Under the pieces are notes generated by a model that saw only the letters and a program-made list of their open reading frames with translations, searched no databases and was not told where the DNA came from. From positions 8,349-72,348 of the IMG/VR virus record IMGVR_UViG_3300007735_001031: 64,000 nucleotides of DNA; one strand, 5' to 3'. The translations under genes and the position numbers were made by a program. Shown here piece after piece: positions 25,324 through 35,800 of the stretch. Numbering within the stretch: position 1 is the stretch's first letter; each line of letters starts with the position of its first letter. Source of the DNA: a virus.

Positions 25324-25649
25324 TAGTGAATACTTAGGCTAAAATTTGAAACACTTGTAAATAGTTTTTCGGCCTTATAGGTACTATTTTTGTATTCGTT
25401 AATTTTCTGCATAGTATCTTTAGTAATTAAGAAAGTATTTCCTTCTAATTCTAATATCTTTTCTATTTCTAGAAGATATTGACCAAGCCAAAAATAATAC
25501 ATATTCAAAGAAGTGAAAGAATAGAAATCATCGTGATTATAGTTTACAACTTCTTTCATGATTAATCTGACCTGGAGCATTAAATTCAGAGTTTTTTGTC
25601 TGGCATCCGCCAAAGCATCTCTCTGTATTTTAAACTTTGTGGTTTTCAT
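25323..25649 (-). CDS. hypothetical protein
   Basis: Coupled ORF. Confidence 0.65.
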   Translation of the reverse strand: MKTTKFKIQRDALADARQKTLNLMLQVRLIMKEVVNYNHDDFYSFTSLNMYYFWLGQYLLEIEKILELEGNTFLITKDTMQKINEYKNSTYKAEKLFTSVSNFSLSIH

Positions 25650-26038
25650 TTAACTTCAATAGATTGTTGCATTTCTTTTAATGATTTAATTGCTTCCATG
25701 AGATTGGATAATTTATCTGAGGCCGATGCTGTTTCAACTTTTTTCTCGACAGGTTTTTCTTTGGGTTCTTCTTGTTGCGGGGTTAAAGCTACGACATAAG
25801 CCTGTGTATTGTTTTTGAGATTACCAAGCATAGCATTGATAACTTTGATTAATTGTTCAGATTGCTCGATTGCGGATAGCGTTTCCTCTATATTTCTATT
25901 TTTACAAGCAACAGAGGCGGCTTTAATCTCACACACTAAATCATTTGAAATAGATGCAAGTTCTTCCGCATCAAGATGGATTCTATCCATCAAAGTCTCT
26001 TTTTTAACAAGAGTTGAATAATAAGCTAAAGTTGACAT
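25646..26038 (-). CDS. hypothetical helical protein
   Basis: Coupled to groEL. Confidence 0.65.
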   Translation of the reverse strand: MSTLAYYSTLVKKETLMDRIHLDAEELASISNDLVCEIKAASVACKNRNIEETLSAIEQSEQLIKVINAMLGNLKNNTQAYVVALTPQQEEPKEKPVEKKVETASASDKLSNLMEAIKSLKEMQQSIEVK

Positions 26039-27609
26039 TATACCTCCACGATTGCGTTATTTGTTGTAATCAACGTTGATACAACTGAAATAGAATTCTT
26101 TATGGCAGAGGTTGTAACTTTCACAGGGTCAATCACGCCTGCCTTGTACAAGTCTACCACCGTGCGCGTCTTGGTGTCAAGGCCGAGTCCGTCCTTTGAC
26201 TTGATAACCTTTTCAGAGAGAATTTGTGCCGGAAGGTCAAGATTCTCACAGATCTTTTCAAACGGAGCCGATAACGACTTGATAACAACATTGTAGCCGA
26301 CAGCTTGATCCTCGGTTAGATCCTTTGGGACTCTAATAGCCTTAGAAGCCTTTAGAAGAGTTGTGCCGCCACCTGGGTGGGTTCCGGCCATTTGCGCTGA
26401 TTTAACAGCCTCCAAGGCGTCCTCAATACGGTGTTTCTTTTCTACGACTTCTACCTCACTTGAACCACCAACACGAATGGTTACAACACCACTGGCAAGT
26501 CTTGTAATTCTATCTTGGATTCTCTTACATTCTTCTAAGTCAGCAGTCTCTTTGATAAGTTCTTTAAGTTCTTCAGATCTTTTATCTATCTCTTCCGCCG
26601 ATCCCTTGCCTCCGATAATCGCCGTTTGAGTCTTTCCAACTTCCACCGCTTTACAACGGCCAAAATCTGCAAGCGTAAATTGGGAAAAATCCAAACCAGA
26701 GTCTCTAGTAAAAAACCTACCATTAGTAGCGACAGCAAGATCAGCCAAAACATTTCTTCTTTCTTCTCCGTAGTAAGGGGCTTTCACGGCAACAATCTTC
26801 ATGGAATTACGAAGAGCATTCATAATCAAAGCAGCTAATAGTTGTCCTTCAACATCATCAGCAACAATAATTAAAGGTTTCTTTTCTCTAGCCGCAAGTT
26901 CTAAAACAGGCATGATTGGTTCTACATGCTCTAACTTCCAGTCAGTAATAAACAAGAGACAATCATTATGCTTGGCTACTTTTCTCATTTCGTCAGTGAT
27001 AAACTGAGAAGAGAGGTAGCCAGACTCAAAGATAAAGCCTTCGGTTAAGTCCAGTTCTGTTTCGTAGGACTTGGAATCCTCAATTGTGATCGCTCCATTC
27101 TTACCCGCCAGATCAACGGCTTTGGCGATTAGCTTACCAATAACTTTATCATTATTGGAAGATACGGTTGCGATATTCTCAATATCTTCAATTGAGTTAA
27201 TTGACTTTGACTTAGAATTGATAAAGGCGATTACATCGTCCTTTGCCTTTTCCATACCCCTTCTCATTTCAGTTGGAGAAATGCCGGATGAAAGATACTT
27301 CTGTGATTCCTTTAACATACGATACGCTAGGAGGGTGCTAGTAGTGGTCCCATCCCCTGCTTCGTGTGCTGTAAGCATGGATACTTGCTTGAGAATCTGT
27401 GCTCCAGCATTCTCAAACGGATCTTCAAAATCAACAAAGCGAGCAACAGTTACGCCGTCCTTTGTAATGATTGGTCTTTTATCTTTTTGTTGTAAGATTA
27501 CATTTCTTCCACCAGGTCCAAGTGTGGAAGAAACAAGATTAGATAGTTTTTCTACGCCTAACAGGATCTTTTCCTGTAATTGTTTGTTGCCCTCGTAAGC
27601 CTTTCCCAT
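26038..27609 (-). CDS. groEL: chaperonin GroEL
   Basis: TLGPGGRNV, ITKDGVTVA, AGDGTTT, RIEDAL, GVIDP.KVT. Confidence 0.97.
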   Translation of the reverse strand: MGKAYEGNKQLQEKILLGVEKLSNLVSSTLGPGGRNVILQQKDKRPIITKDGVTVARFVDFEDPFENAGAQILKQVSMLTAHEAGDGTTTSTLLAYRMLKESQKYLSSGISPTEMRRGMEKAKDDVIAFINSKSKSINSIEDIENIATVSSNNDKVIGKLIAKAVDLAGKNGAITIEDSKSYETELDLTEGFIFESGYLSSQFITDEMRKVAKHNDCLLFITDWKLEHVEPIMPVLELAAREKKPLIIVADDVEGQLLAALIMNALRNSMKIVAVKAPYYGEERRNVLADLAVATNGRFFTRDSGLDFSQFTLADFGRCKAVEVGKTQTAIIGGKGSAEEIDKRSEELKELIKETADLEECKRIQDRITRLASGVVTIRVGGSSEVEVVEKKHRIEDALEAVKSAQMAGTHPGGGTTLLKASKAIRVPKDLTEDQAVGYNVVIKSLSAPFEKICENLDLPAQILSEKVIKSKDGLGLDTKTRTVVDLYKAGVIDPVKVTTSAIKNSISVVSTLITTNNAIVEV

Positions 27610-28069
27610 TCATAGCCTCATTTATATATTTGATTAGTTGTTCTTGTAGTTGAATCTTGTCTCTATGTGAACGCGCAAGGTCAAGTGTATCAAAGAATTT
27701 CATTTTCGTCAAGCTGCCTTCTTCAATATCATTCACCAAGTCGTTTCCAGCAACTTCCAAAACAAACTTACATGGGGCTTTAGGAGCATACGGTCCATTA
27801 GTTAAAGGCTGAACGTTTGGTAGATAATCTACAATCTGTCCGTGCTTACTGATAAAAACCATATCCAAAGGAACATATGTATCCTTCATTTGAAAGGGGT
27901 GCTTATCTTCCTTGGGCATATCGAATAACATTCCGAAACCGTCGTCAAGTTTGTGTCTCTTTGAAAGACCTTTATATCTAGCCGCGTCATCCATAGCGAC
28001 TTCAACTACATAATGTTTATCCCCAATACTAATCATACCAAATGGTTTTGTCAAGATCTTTTTTTTCAT
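27539..28069 (-). CDS. DUF192-family protein
   Basis: VEVA...GL...GMLF...MKDT.VPLDMVFI...FVLEV. Confidence 0.85.
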   Translation of the reverse strand: MKKKILTKPFGMISIGDKHYVVEVAMDDAARYKGLSKRHKLDDGFGMLFDMPKEDKHPFQMKDTYVPLDMVFISKHGQIVDYLPNVQPLTNGPYAPKAPCKFVLEVAGNDLVNDIEEGSLTKMKFFDTLDLARSHRDKIQLQEQLIKYINEAMNGKGLRGQQTITGKDPVRRRKTI

Positions 28070-29310
28070 GGTTGTTCTTCTTTTATAAAATACTGATCAA
28101 ATTTAACAGTGGTCTCAGATAAATTATTCACTGTTTGATATCCCGTACTTTGATCTCTGGTTGAGAAAAATTTATTCATTGTTTGCACAGATGTTTTTAA
28201 TAAATTTAATACCTCAAACATTTTGCCAGATAAAGTCCTTCTATAATTTTCTATGACTTTATTTAAAACTTCATCTCTTAAATCTAACTCTCCAGTAAAA
28301 TATGAAGCTTCTGATGGTTTCGTTCTATCGGCATAGACCTTACTCATGAAAGCTGCGTTTAATGAATATTGTGTAGGGATAGTAAATTCTTCTTTCCCTG
28401 GTATAATTTCTCTGTATTTTTCTATAAATTTTAATGCTTGATATCTTCTTAATAAATATTCTGGACTTTGATCTTGTATTTTGTCTAAACTAGGTATAAA
28501 AATTTGATTTGTATTTGGATCAAACATATCCTGAAGATTTTTAATAAACCTTTGAAAAGTATCTGCAGATCCTCTAAAATTTGCTGGTGGTATATAAGCT
28601 CTAAATTCTTCTTTAAAATTTTTTAATTCCAATTTCTCCAGGAACCCTTTGAGATTTAATTCAAAAGTAAAGAATCTATATATTCCCGGCGTTCTATCTT
28701 TTAAAATAATAATATAAAAATAATTTGGGGATTCTTGATAATATTCTATCAGTTGAGTAAAACTTCCTCCGACCTTTGGATCTTTTGATCTTGGATTATC
28801 TGGATCTCTTGCCGATAGTGTTTTTAATTGTACGCCACCTTTAAATACTTTTTGTGATTCAATATCAACAGCGCCATTGTTTGCCTCATTGGATCCGTCT
28901 ATTAATTGTGCCATAATTGTTTCAGCTTGAAATCCCGCAACTGATTCGTCTGTATTTAAAAGATTTTCTCTTATTTCTTGTATCAACAAAAAAGACGAGA
29001 AAGCTCTTTTAATATTTCCTGCTCTAATTATTTTTTCTGGTCTCAACAGAAAATCATTTACTTTATCAATTCTCTGGTAAAGAAATGGGGAATTTCCTTT
29101 AATGTTCTTTAATAGTTCTGTGTATTCTGTATAGGCTGCCGTCTTTTTTTGTTTTCCTTCGATTTCTCCTTTGCCTGCCTCAATATCAAGAGGGCTTGGA
29201 ACAAATATTTTTGGAACATCCTCATTTAGTTTATTCTCAATCAATTTAATAAGAAGTTCATTTCCTTTCTTTGGAGCATAATAGTTGTCAAGCAGTTCTT
29301 CAAGATTCAT
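28066..29310 (-). CDS. hypothetical protein with PD-(D/E)xK-like motifs, putative late gene
   Basis: AGFQAE...VDI...QLK; LIENKLNE leader; CTAATTA upstream. Confidence 0.55.
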   Translation of the reverse strand: MNLEELLDNYYAPKKGNELLIKLIENKLNEDVPKIFVPSPLDIEAGKGEIEGKQKKTAAYTEYTELLKNIKGNSPFLYQRIDKVNDFLLRPEKIIRAGNIKRAFSSFLLIQEIRENLLNTDESVAGFQAETIMAQLIDGSNEANNGAVDIESQKVFKGGVQLKTLSARDPDNPRSKDPKVGGSFTQLIEYYQESPNYFYIIILKDRTPGIYRFFTFELNLKGFLEKLELKNFKEEFRAYIPPANFRGSADTFQRFIKNLQDMFDPNTNQIFIPSLDKIQDQSPEYLLRRYQALKFIEKYREIIPGKEEFTIPTQYSLNAAFMSKVYADRTKPSEASYFTGELDLRDEVLNKVIENYRRTLSGKMFEVLNLLKTSVQTMNKFFSTRDQSTGYQTVNNLSETTVKFDQYFIKEEQP

Positions 29311-29346
29311 TGGAATACCTCTGGAGTAATTAGGTTCTTAACAACA

Positions 29347-29377
29347 ACAAAGCCCAGTTTTTAGGCTGGGCTTTGTC
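29347..29377. terminator. hairpin, putative intrinsic terminator
   Basis: acaaagcccag / ctgggctttgt inverted repeat just downstream of 29401. Confidence 0.65.
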
Positions 29378-29400
29378 TGATTTCTAGGATTTAGGATAAC

Positions 29401-30339
29401 TTATTTCTTTTTGGCTTTCAAGGCTGCTGCTTTCTTTTTCTTCATCATCATTTCTTTCTTTTTCTTCGCAGCGGCCTCTTCTTCTTTCTTCTTTGCGGCA
29501 GCTTGCTTTTCTTTCATTAATTTTGCCTTAGCTGATGCTTTTGGATCCTTTTTCTTTGCTTCCATTAAGCGAGCCTTAACTCTAGCAGCTACTTTATTTA
29601 CGAGACGATTGATTGCTTCTGCCATTGGGGCTGGGGCTGCCTCTGGAGCTGCTGGTGGAGGGGCTTCTGGGGCTGCTTCGCCTTCTGGTGCTTTTTCTTC
29701 GCCCGATTCTTCAACTGTTACCTCTACGCCTAATGTTTCTTGTACCAATTCACCAAGTTTCTTTACAAACTCTTTAATCTTTGTTTCCATTTCATCACCA
29801 CCGGCTCCTTCTGGTGCTGGTGGTAGTTCTGCTGGGGCCTCCTCTCCACCTGCTGGTGGGGGTGGAGCGTCAGCTTGTTCGAGTAGCTTCTTTAGTCTTT
29901 TCATGCTCTTGCGAACATTTTCTTGCATATATCCTTTGCAAGAACCTTCATGAATTTCTCCACATTTCTTACAAGCCATACCTTCTTCTAACTCATTTTC
30001 TTCGTGGGGATAAGCCTCTTCTAAAGATTCATTCTCTTCATAATCTTCTTCGCCTTCATCTAAAGATTCATTCTCTTCATCATCATAAGCCTCTTCTAAA
30101 GATTCATTCTCTTCATCATCATAAGCCTCTTCTAAAGATTCATTCTCTTCATCATAGACTTCATCTAAAGCGTCTTCGCCTTCTTCTTCTTGATCGCCTG
30201 GATAGTATCTACCTTCATCGGAACCTGTATCGTGGTGTCCTTCTTTTAAGAATGGATTTGCTAATGAACCAATACCAGCAAGACCCATCATTCTCATAGT
30301 CGTTGCTTCTGTTAATAATAAATCTTTACGTTTTGCCAT
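29401..30339 (-). CDS. putative prohead core/scaffold-like protein
   Basis: RMMGLAGI leader, acidic LEE repeats, Pro/Ala linker, Lys-rich tail; ACTATTTA upstream. Confidence 0.55.
   Translation of the reverse strand: MAKRKDLLLTEATTMRMMGLAGIGSLANPFLKEGHHDTGSDEGRYYPGDQEEEGEDALDEVYDEENESLEEAYDDEENESLEEAYDDEENESLDEGEEDYEENESLEEAYPHEENELEEGMACKKCGEIHEGSCKGYMQENVRKSMKRLKKLLEQADAPPPPAGGEEAPAELPPAPEGAGGDEMETKIKEFVKKLGELVQETLGVEVTVEESGEEKAPEGEAAPEAPPPAAPEAAPAPMAEAINRLVNKVAARVKARLMEAKKKDPKASAKAKLMKEKQAAAKKKEEEAAAKKKKEMMMKKKKAAALKAKKK
30060..30154. repeat. 36-bp tandem coding repeat
   Basis: taagcctcttctaaagattcattctcttcatcatca units (EEAYDDEENESL); partial copy at 30011-30040. Confidence 0.9.
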
Positions 30340-30382
30340 TATAGTTTCTCCTAAGAAATCATAATAAATAGTGATGAGTTTT

Positions 30383-30634
30383 CTAAAATGCCATTTCTTC
30401 TTCTAATTGATTCCAGCTTTGTTTCATTTTTGCTAAAGCTCTATCTTCTAATTGTTTTATTCTTACATAAGATACGCCCAATCTCTTGGCTGTTTCTTCC
30501 AAAGTCAATGGACCATTTTTTCTTGCACATACTAACGTGCAATTTAAATCTTCTTCATAATTTATAAATTGATCACACTCAAAATTATTGCAAGGAACAT
30601 TGTCTCTCTCGCAAATCTCATCACAACTTATCAT
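30383..30634 (-). CDS. stand-alone sigma70 region-4-like HTH with Cys-rich N-terminus
   Basis: TLEETAKRLGVSYVRIKQLEDRALAKM. Confidence 0.8.
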   Translation of the reverse strand: MISCDEICERDNVPCNNFECDQFINYEEDLNCTLVCARKNGPLTLEETAKRLGVSYVRIKQLEDRALAKMKQSWNQLEEEMAF

Positions 30635-30641
30635 TTATTCC

Positions 30642-30980
30642 TCAGTCTGGCATTGTTTCGTCAAGAAGATCATAGATTCCATCTATGTCGTCATCATTAA
30701 GATTATACAAAGATTCTGTTTTTTTAGCAAGCTCAGTCTGCTTTTCTATATAATCTTTTTTACCACGACCTGAAATTTTATTTCTTTGTTTAAAGTTTTC
30801 TACAACAACTCTAACGTCTTTATCCCCGGCTAAATATGATTCCAAAAAGAATCTAATAAGTTTTGCTGGATGTGGAATGTTCTCAAACTTAAAATTAGCT
30901 ATTAGTTCGCCATATTCATATTCCGGCATATTACATATGATTCTTTTAGCATAATTTTCAGAAAGCTTTTTCTTTTCCAT
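30642..30980 (-). CDS. hypothetical protein
   Basis: ORF track, operon packing. Confidence 0.65.
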   Translation of the reverse strand: MEKKKLSENYAKRIICNMPEYEYGELIANFKFENIPHPAKLIRFFLESYLAGDKDVRVVVENFKQRNKISGRGKKDYIEKQTELAKKTESLYNLNDDDIDGIYDLLDETMPD

Positions 30981-30982
30981 TA

Positions 30983-31303
30983 TTATACCTTGAAGTGTTT
31001 CTTTATTTCTTTTGTTAAACTAACTTTATCAAAGCCTTCTTGTGGATAATCTAGTTCTTTAAACTTCTTACCGTGAATATAATAGAGCGTAGGAACGCCG
31101 TCTTTAATAAAGAGATCGGATAAATCTTCCTCTTCATTTACATCAACGTCGTAGAAATCTAGGTCAGGGAAAGACTTAGCAACAGCTTGATAATCTGGTT
31201 CCAAATCTACGCACACAGGACATCCATCGCTCTTAAATTTTATTACAGCTGGCTTGCCTCCATCAACAATTTCTTTGAATTTAAATAAATCAAGTTTCTT
31301 CAT
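30983..31303 (-). CDS. thioredoxin-fold protein
   Basis: VIKF...CPVC, VDV, GVPT. Confidence 0.9.
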   Translation of the reverse strand: MKKLDLFKFKEIVDGGKPAVIKFKSDGCPVCVDLEPDYQAVAKSFPDLDFYDVDVNEEEDLSDLFIKDGVPTLYYIHGKKFKELDYPQEGFDKVSLTKEIKKHFKV

Positions 31304-31553
31304 CTGGGAGTTGCTCCTTTACTTTATTGATACACTCTGGGCAGAACAATCTAACTAGTTTTTGTTCGCTCTTAACCACCACAACCCAAGTTTGCGCCAT
31401 TTCTTTTGATTTCTTATCAAATGGTTTGGAACAAACATCACACTTATCAGGCAATCTATCAAACATACTTATCTGTTTGCCAAGATTTTTTTCAGCGTCT
31501 TTTCTTGCTTCTACTTGTTTTTGTCTTTTAATTTTATTTATTGGATTACTCAT
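31290..31553 (-). CDS. zinc-ribbon protein
   Basis: CDVC...CPEC. Confidence 0.7.
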   Translation of the reverse strand: MSNPINKIKRQKQVEARKDAEKNLGKQISMFDRLPDKCDVCSKPFDKKSKEMAQTWVVVVKSEQKLVRLFCPECINKVKEQLPDEET

Positions 31554-31559
31554 AATAAT

Positions 31560-32006
31560 TTAGCATCCCGTCGAACCAAACCCGCCTTCACCGCGATTGG
31601 ATTTGGTTAGAGTTTTTGAATATAATGGAACGTCGTTTGGTAGTTCTTCAAATGAGGGAAGTTCTATTGGATAGACAAGAATTTGAGCGATCTTATCTCC
31701 TGGATAAATTTCTTGAGCACTACGACCAATATTATGAAGATTAATCATTAACTCACCTTCGTAGCCAGAATCAATAATACAGGCACCAACAATTATGGAA
31801 CGCTTGGCTGCCATTCCCGATCTGTTTTTAACTTCTGTAACGTATCCGAGTGGGGTGGCGATTTTAATTCCTGTTCCGAGGAGTTTTGACTCTCCAGCAT
31901 ATATGACAACAGCATCATCCCCAGCATAAAAAATATCAGCACCAGCATCGCTAGGATTTGATCTTTGTGGTAGTTTGGCATCTTCTCGAATCTTCTGTAT
32001 AAACAC
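31560..32006 (-). CDS. dut: dUTPase (trimeric)
   Basis: AGADI, RSG, IDSGYEG, KIAQ, RGEGGFGSTG. Confidence 0.96.
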   Translation of the reverse strand: MFIQKIREDAKLPQRSNPSDAGADIFYAGDDAVVIYAGESKLLGTGIKIATPLGYVTEVKNRSGMAAKRSIIVGACIIDSGYEGELMINLHNIGRSAQEIYPGDKIAQILVYPIELPSFEELPNDVPLYSKTLTKSNRGEGGFGSTGC

Positions 32007-32065
32007 AATAACCTCCTGATATGTTTAGTAGCAGGAGGTTATCATAGTTTTATTAAGTTGTCAAA

Positions 32066-32833
32066 TTAAGTTGCAGAACCAGTAATATATACCCACCAAC
32101 CTTTTGTTGTCGTGGTAGAGGAAGCGTGTGTTGCCGAAGAAGAGAACACAATTCTTAGGACATTACTTCCACCTAACAAACTGGCGGTATTAACACTTGC
32201 AGACATATAAATTAATGTTGAAGATGTTAAAACAAGAGAAGCCGCAAATCTTGTAGCGGTAGAGGTGGCTGAGCCGGTGTAAATATCGACTCTATCGGAT
32301 CCCGCAGAGGAAGAATTTACTTGACCAGCAAGAATGATCTTTAATTTTGGAAAATTTCCAGCTGCGCCAGTAATTGTTGTATCAAATGAAATAGAGGCCG
32401 TTCCATTTACACCGTCGCTCGTATAGTAAGGAGAGAAAGCTGCTTGTGGACCATCGGTAGAATATATCATCGCAGGAACTAAAACATTAGTCCAAGCAGC
32501 ATTTGCTGTTCCAACTCTTGACATTGAAAAATGCACAGTAGTTGAATTAACGCCAAATGTTGTTTCGCCACCAGACACTCCAGAGGCTCCATTTACACCA
32601 GTCCCTGACCAAACTCCATCCGCATTAGAAATTGCGTCAGATAATGGTCCATAAGTGCCGTTTTGCGTGAATGGCGCAGAATATCCGCCACTAGCATAAA
32701 GACCTAAATTGATGAGATTATTTTGATTATCTGTATTGCCTCTATCATTTTCGGGGACATTTGTTTCGCCAATTGGATTTAGAGTATATAATCTTAATAT
32801 ATCTGCTTTTCTTTTTCTGTGTCCACTTGCCAT
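32066..32833 (-). CDS. putative virion structural protein (G/S/T-rich, beta)
   Basis: Composition; ACTATTTA upstream. Confidence 0.55.
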   Translation of the reverse strand: MASGHRKRKADILRLYTLNPIGETNVPENDRGNTDNQNNLINLGLYASGGYSAPFTQNGTYGPLSDAISNADGVWSGTGVNGASGVSGGETTFGVNSTTVHFSMSRVGTANAAWTNVLVPAMIYSTDGPQAAFSPYYTSDGVNGTASISFDTTITGAAGNFPKLKIILAGQVNSSSAGSDRVDIYTGSATSTATRFAASLVLTSSTLIYMSASVNTASLLGGSNVLRIVFSSSATHASSTTTTKGWWVYITGSAT

Positions 32834-32886
32834 TTATTAGTTCTCCTAAAAGTTCATTAATAAATAGTATGTGGAATTGATAAATA

Positions 32887-35800
32887 CTAGCCAATCATCT
32901 TCCAACTCTTAGAAATTCCTATACAAGAGAATCCACCAAAGTTTTCATCATAATTGAGTTTAGCCACATACGGTCTATTTAAATAGATTACATCTTTATC
33001 TAAATCTACCGACCAACATTTAATTTCTGTTGTTTTACCAGAATCATCTACAACTTGAACCACATAATAATTCTTATCATTCTTGGACTTCTTAACTTCA
33101 AAAGACATAGGAACAAACCAACAGATTTTTAAGTCCTCATCATACTTGGAAATTGAATTAATATTTGTATCACTTAGCCGCTTATATAGTTGACTGGTCA
33201 TAACCATATCAACAGGGAAGAAGCCAAGAAGGGTTGTATAATTTTCCATAACCTCTTCTTTTGTAAAGTCTCCGGCTTCTTTATACTGATTAATGTATTC
33301 ATCAAACTTTTTCTTTGTCTTTGGTCTTTCACCGCAAAAGGACATCCAGAAATGCTTGCGACCAGTAAAGCGATTATCTATCAATTCGTCAAGAGCGCCA
33401 GAACGAGCAAGAGCATCAAAGCCCTTCTTATTTAATTTAGCGTAAGCAATCTTATCATGGAATAACATTTCGTCAATTGTTTTGAACGGACGATTGTTTA
33501 TGATCTGCTCGATTGCTTTTTCGCCCAAGCCCTTAATAGAACTAAGTGGCTGATAGAAAGTCTTTCCGTCATTTGATACACCCCATTCGTCGCCGGATAC
33601 ATTTACATTCGGCGGATCCACTTTATACCCCAATGCTTTAACGATTGATATGGCTTTAGTTTTTCCATCATCGTCTTGGGTTTCATCGTCCAAGTATGAA
33701 GCAATCCACTCGCTTGGGTGATAAGTAAGAAGCCATGCACACTGATAAGAGAGGATACTATAACAAACTGCGTGAGATTTGTTAAAGCCATAACCTGAGA
33801 AGAACTCAAATGTTTTCCATAGATTTTCTGCTTGGTCTCTTCCAATTTGTTTTTCAGCGCATCCCTCAATAAATTTCCTGTGAATTTCATCTTTAACCTC
33901 GTGTCCTTTGCCTGTGCCTTTCTTCGTCAAAACTTTCCGCAATAGGTTGCCTTCGTCCAAAGATAGATCCTTGCCTAGCTTGTGAGCGATCAAAGCAATC
34001 TGTTCTTGGAAAATTAGGAAGCCGAAGGTTTCTTTCGTAATCTCTTCCACGACTGGGTGAATATATTTGATAGAATCTGGATCTTCTTTTGCCTTCACAT
34101 AGTTATCATCCACATGAGCCGACAAAGGACCGGGACGATAGATAGAGGTAATAGCAGAGAGATCAATTATGCTTCTTGGCTTTGCTTTCTTACAGAATTC
34201 TTGAGCGCCTTTTTCTGCAAACTGGAATACAGCGACCCATCTTCCGTCATGGAATACATGCTCATAAACCTTCTGGTCATCAAAGTTTATTTTTGATGGG
34301 TGTAAGTTTGCATCGTAGAAGGTTTTGATATCATCGAAGGTGGGATTAACTTGTCCCTGCTTACGCAGGACACGGCTGATCGCATTCTGTATGATACGAA
34401 GAGTTGCAAGCCCAAGAATGTCAAACTTAATAAACCCAAGAGGCTCCAGGTGTCTAACATTTTGTCCCTCGCTCCAAGGTGTTTGGATTACTCCGCCACT
34501 ATTAATTAGTGGCATGAACTTCGAAATGTCCTCGGACACAATAACTCCGCCAGCATGACGGCTTGCGCTTCTTACTTGGCCTTGTAGAGCCTTGATGTGC
34601 TTGCCGACCTCTGGATACTTAGCTAGAAACTTTTGTAGGGTTTCTGAGAATTCTAAGCATTCTTCGAATGTTGGAACATACATACCAGCTGTAATACCAT
34701 GCTTTTCTTTTGCTGGACTTGTTGCTTCCTTAACCATAACAGAAGTGGTTTCATTTACTTCTGTAAACGGAATACCATAAAGCTTGCCTACATCTTTGAT
34801 TAGAGAGCGGAGTTGTAGAGTATTCCAGTTTGAGATTGGAACAACACAATCCTCACCCCACTGTTCGATAAGCATTTGTTTAAGGGTCATAGGATCGCTT
34901 ACATCATAATCGATATCAGGATAGTCCTTTGCGTTCTTCTGCAAGAAGCGACTGAATAGAAGACCATACTTGATTGGATCAATCTGAGTAATGTTTAATA
35001 GATATGAGATTAGAGAACCGGCCGCAGAACCACGACCAGCTCCAACAAGCTGATTCTCAACTGCCTTGTCTGCAATCGCTTTCATGGTTAGAAAATACTT
35101 TGCGAAACCACGATTTTTAATTACCAGCAGTTCTTCTTTGAGGCGCTCAATATACTCTTTGTTCTTATCTAGCCCATGCTTCTTCATAGAAGAAGAGCAG
35201 AGTTCGATAAGAGCTTGAATATCCGTCTTACCTTCCGGCACAACGAAATCCGGTAGTCTTACCTTTGATTCTGGTAGGAAATCCTCGATCTGTTCGTGAG
35301 CAATACGATAAGTATTTTCAAACGATTCCAATACAAGATCGTCGTCATACTCGTTAAATGTTTGAGCTGAATACTTTTTGTATGACTCCCACATTTGATC
35401 GCCGTTCTTTGGGTAAAGCTCGGAGTTTAGATCCTCTCGCTTTGATGGGAGAGAATCCAAAGACATATTCTTTGATCCAAGCCAACCAAGCATCTTATAG
35501 ATTTCTCTTTCCTTCCACAACTCGGGACGAGGATAATGAGAATCACAGGTCGATACCAGCTTGATATTATTAGCCTTGGCGACTTTGATTACAGCCTTGT
35601 TGATTTCATGCTGATCTTCATAGGCGTTCCATTGTAGTTCGCAATAGAATCTATCTCCAAGAATGTTCTTGAAGTTTTGAACCACCTTCGTCATTTCTTC
35701 TTGGACTTTGTCTTCGCCTTGCTCTTTAAACATCCAATAGCATTTAGATAAAGGACCACCCATACAAGCAGTTAAGGCAATAACGCCTTCGCTGTGTTGT

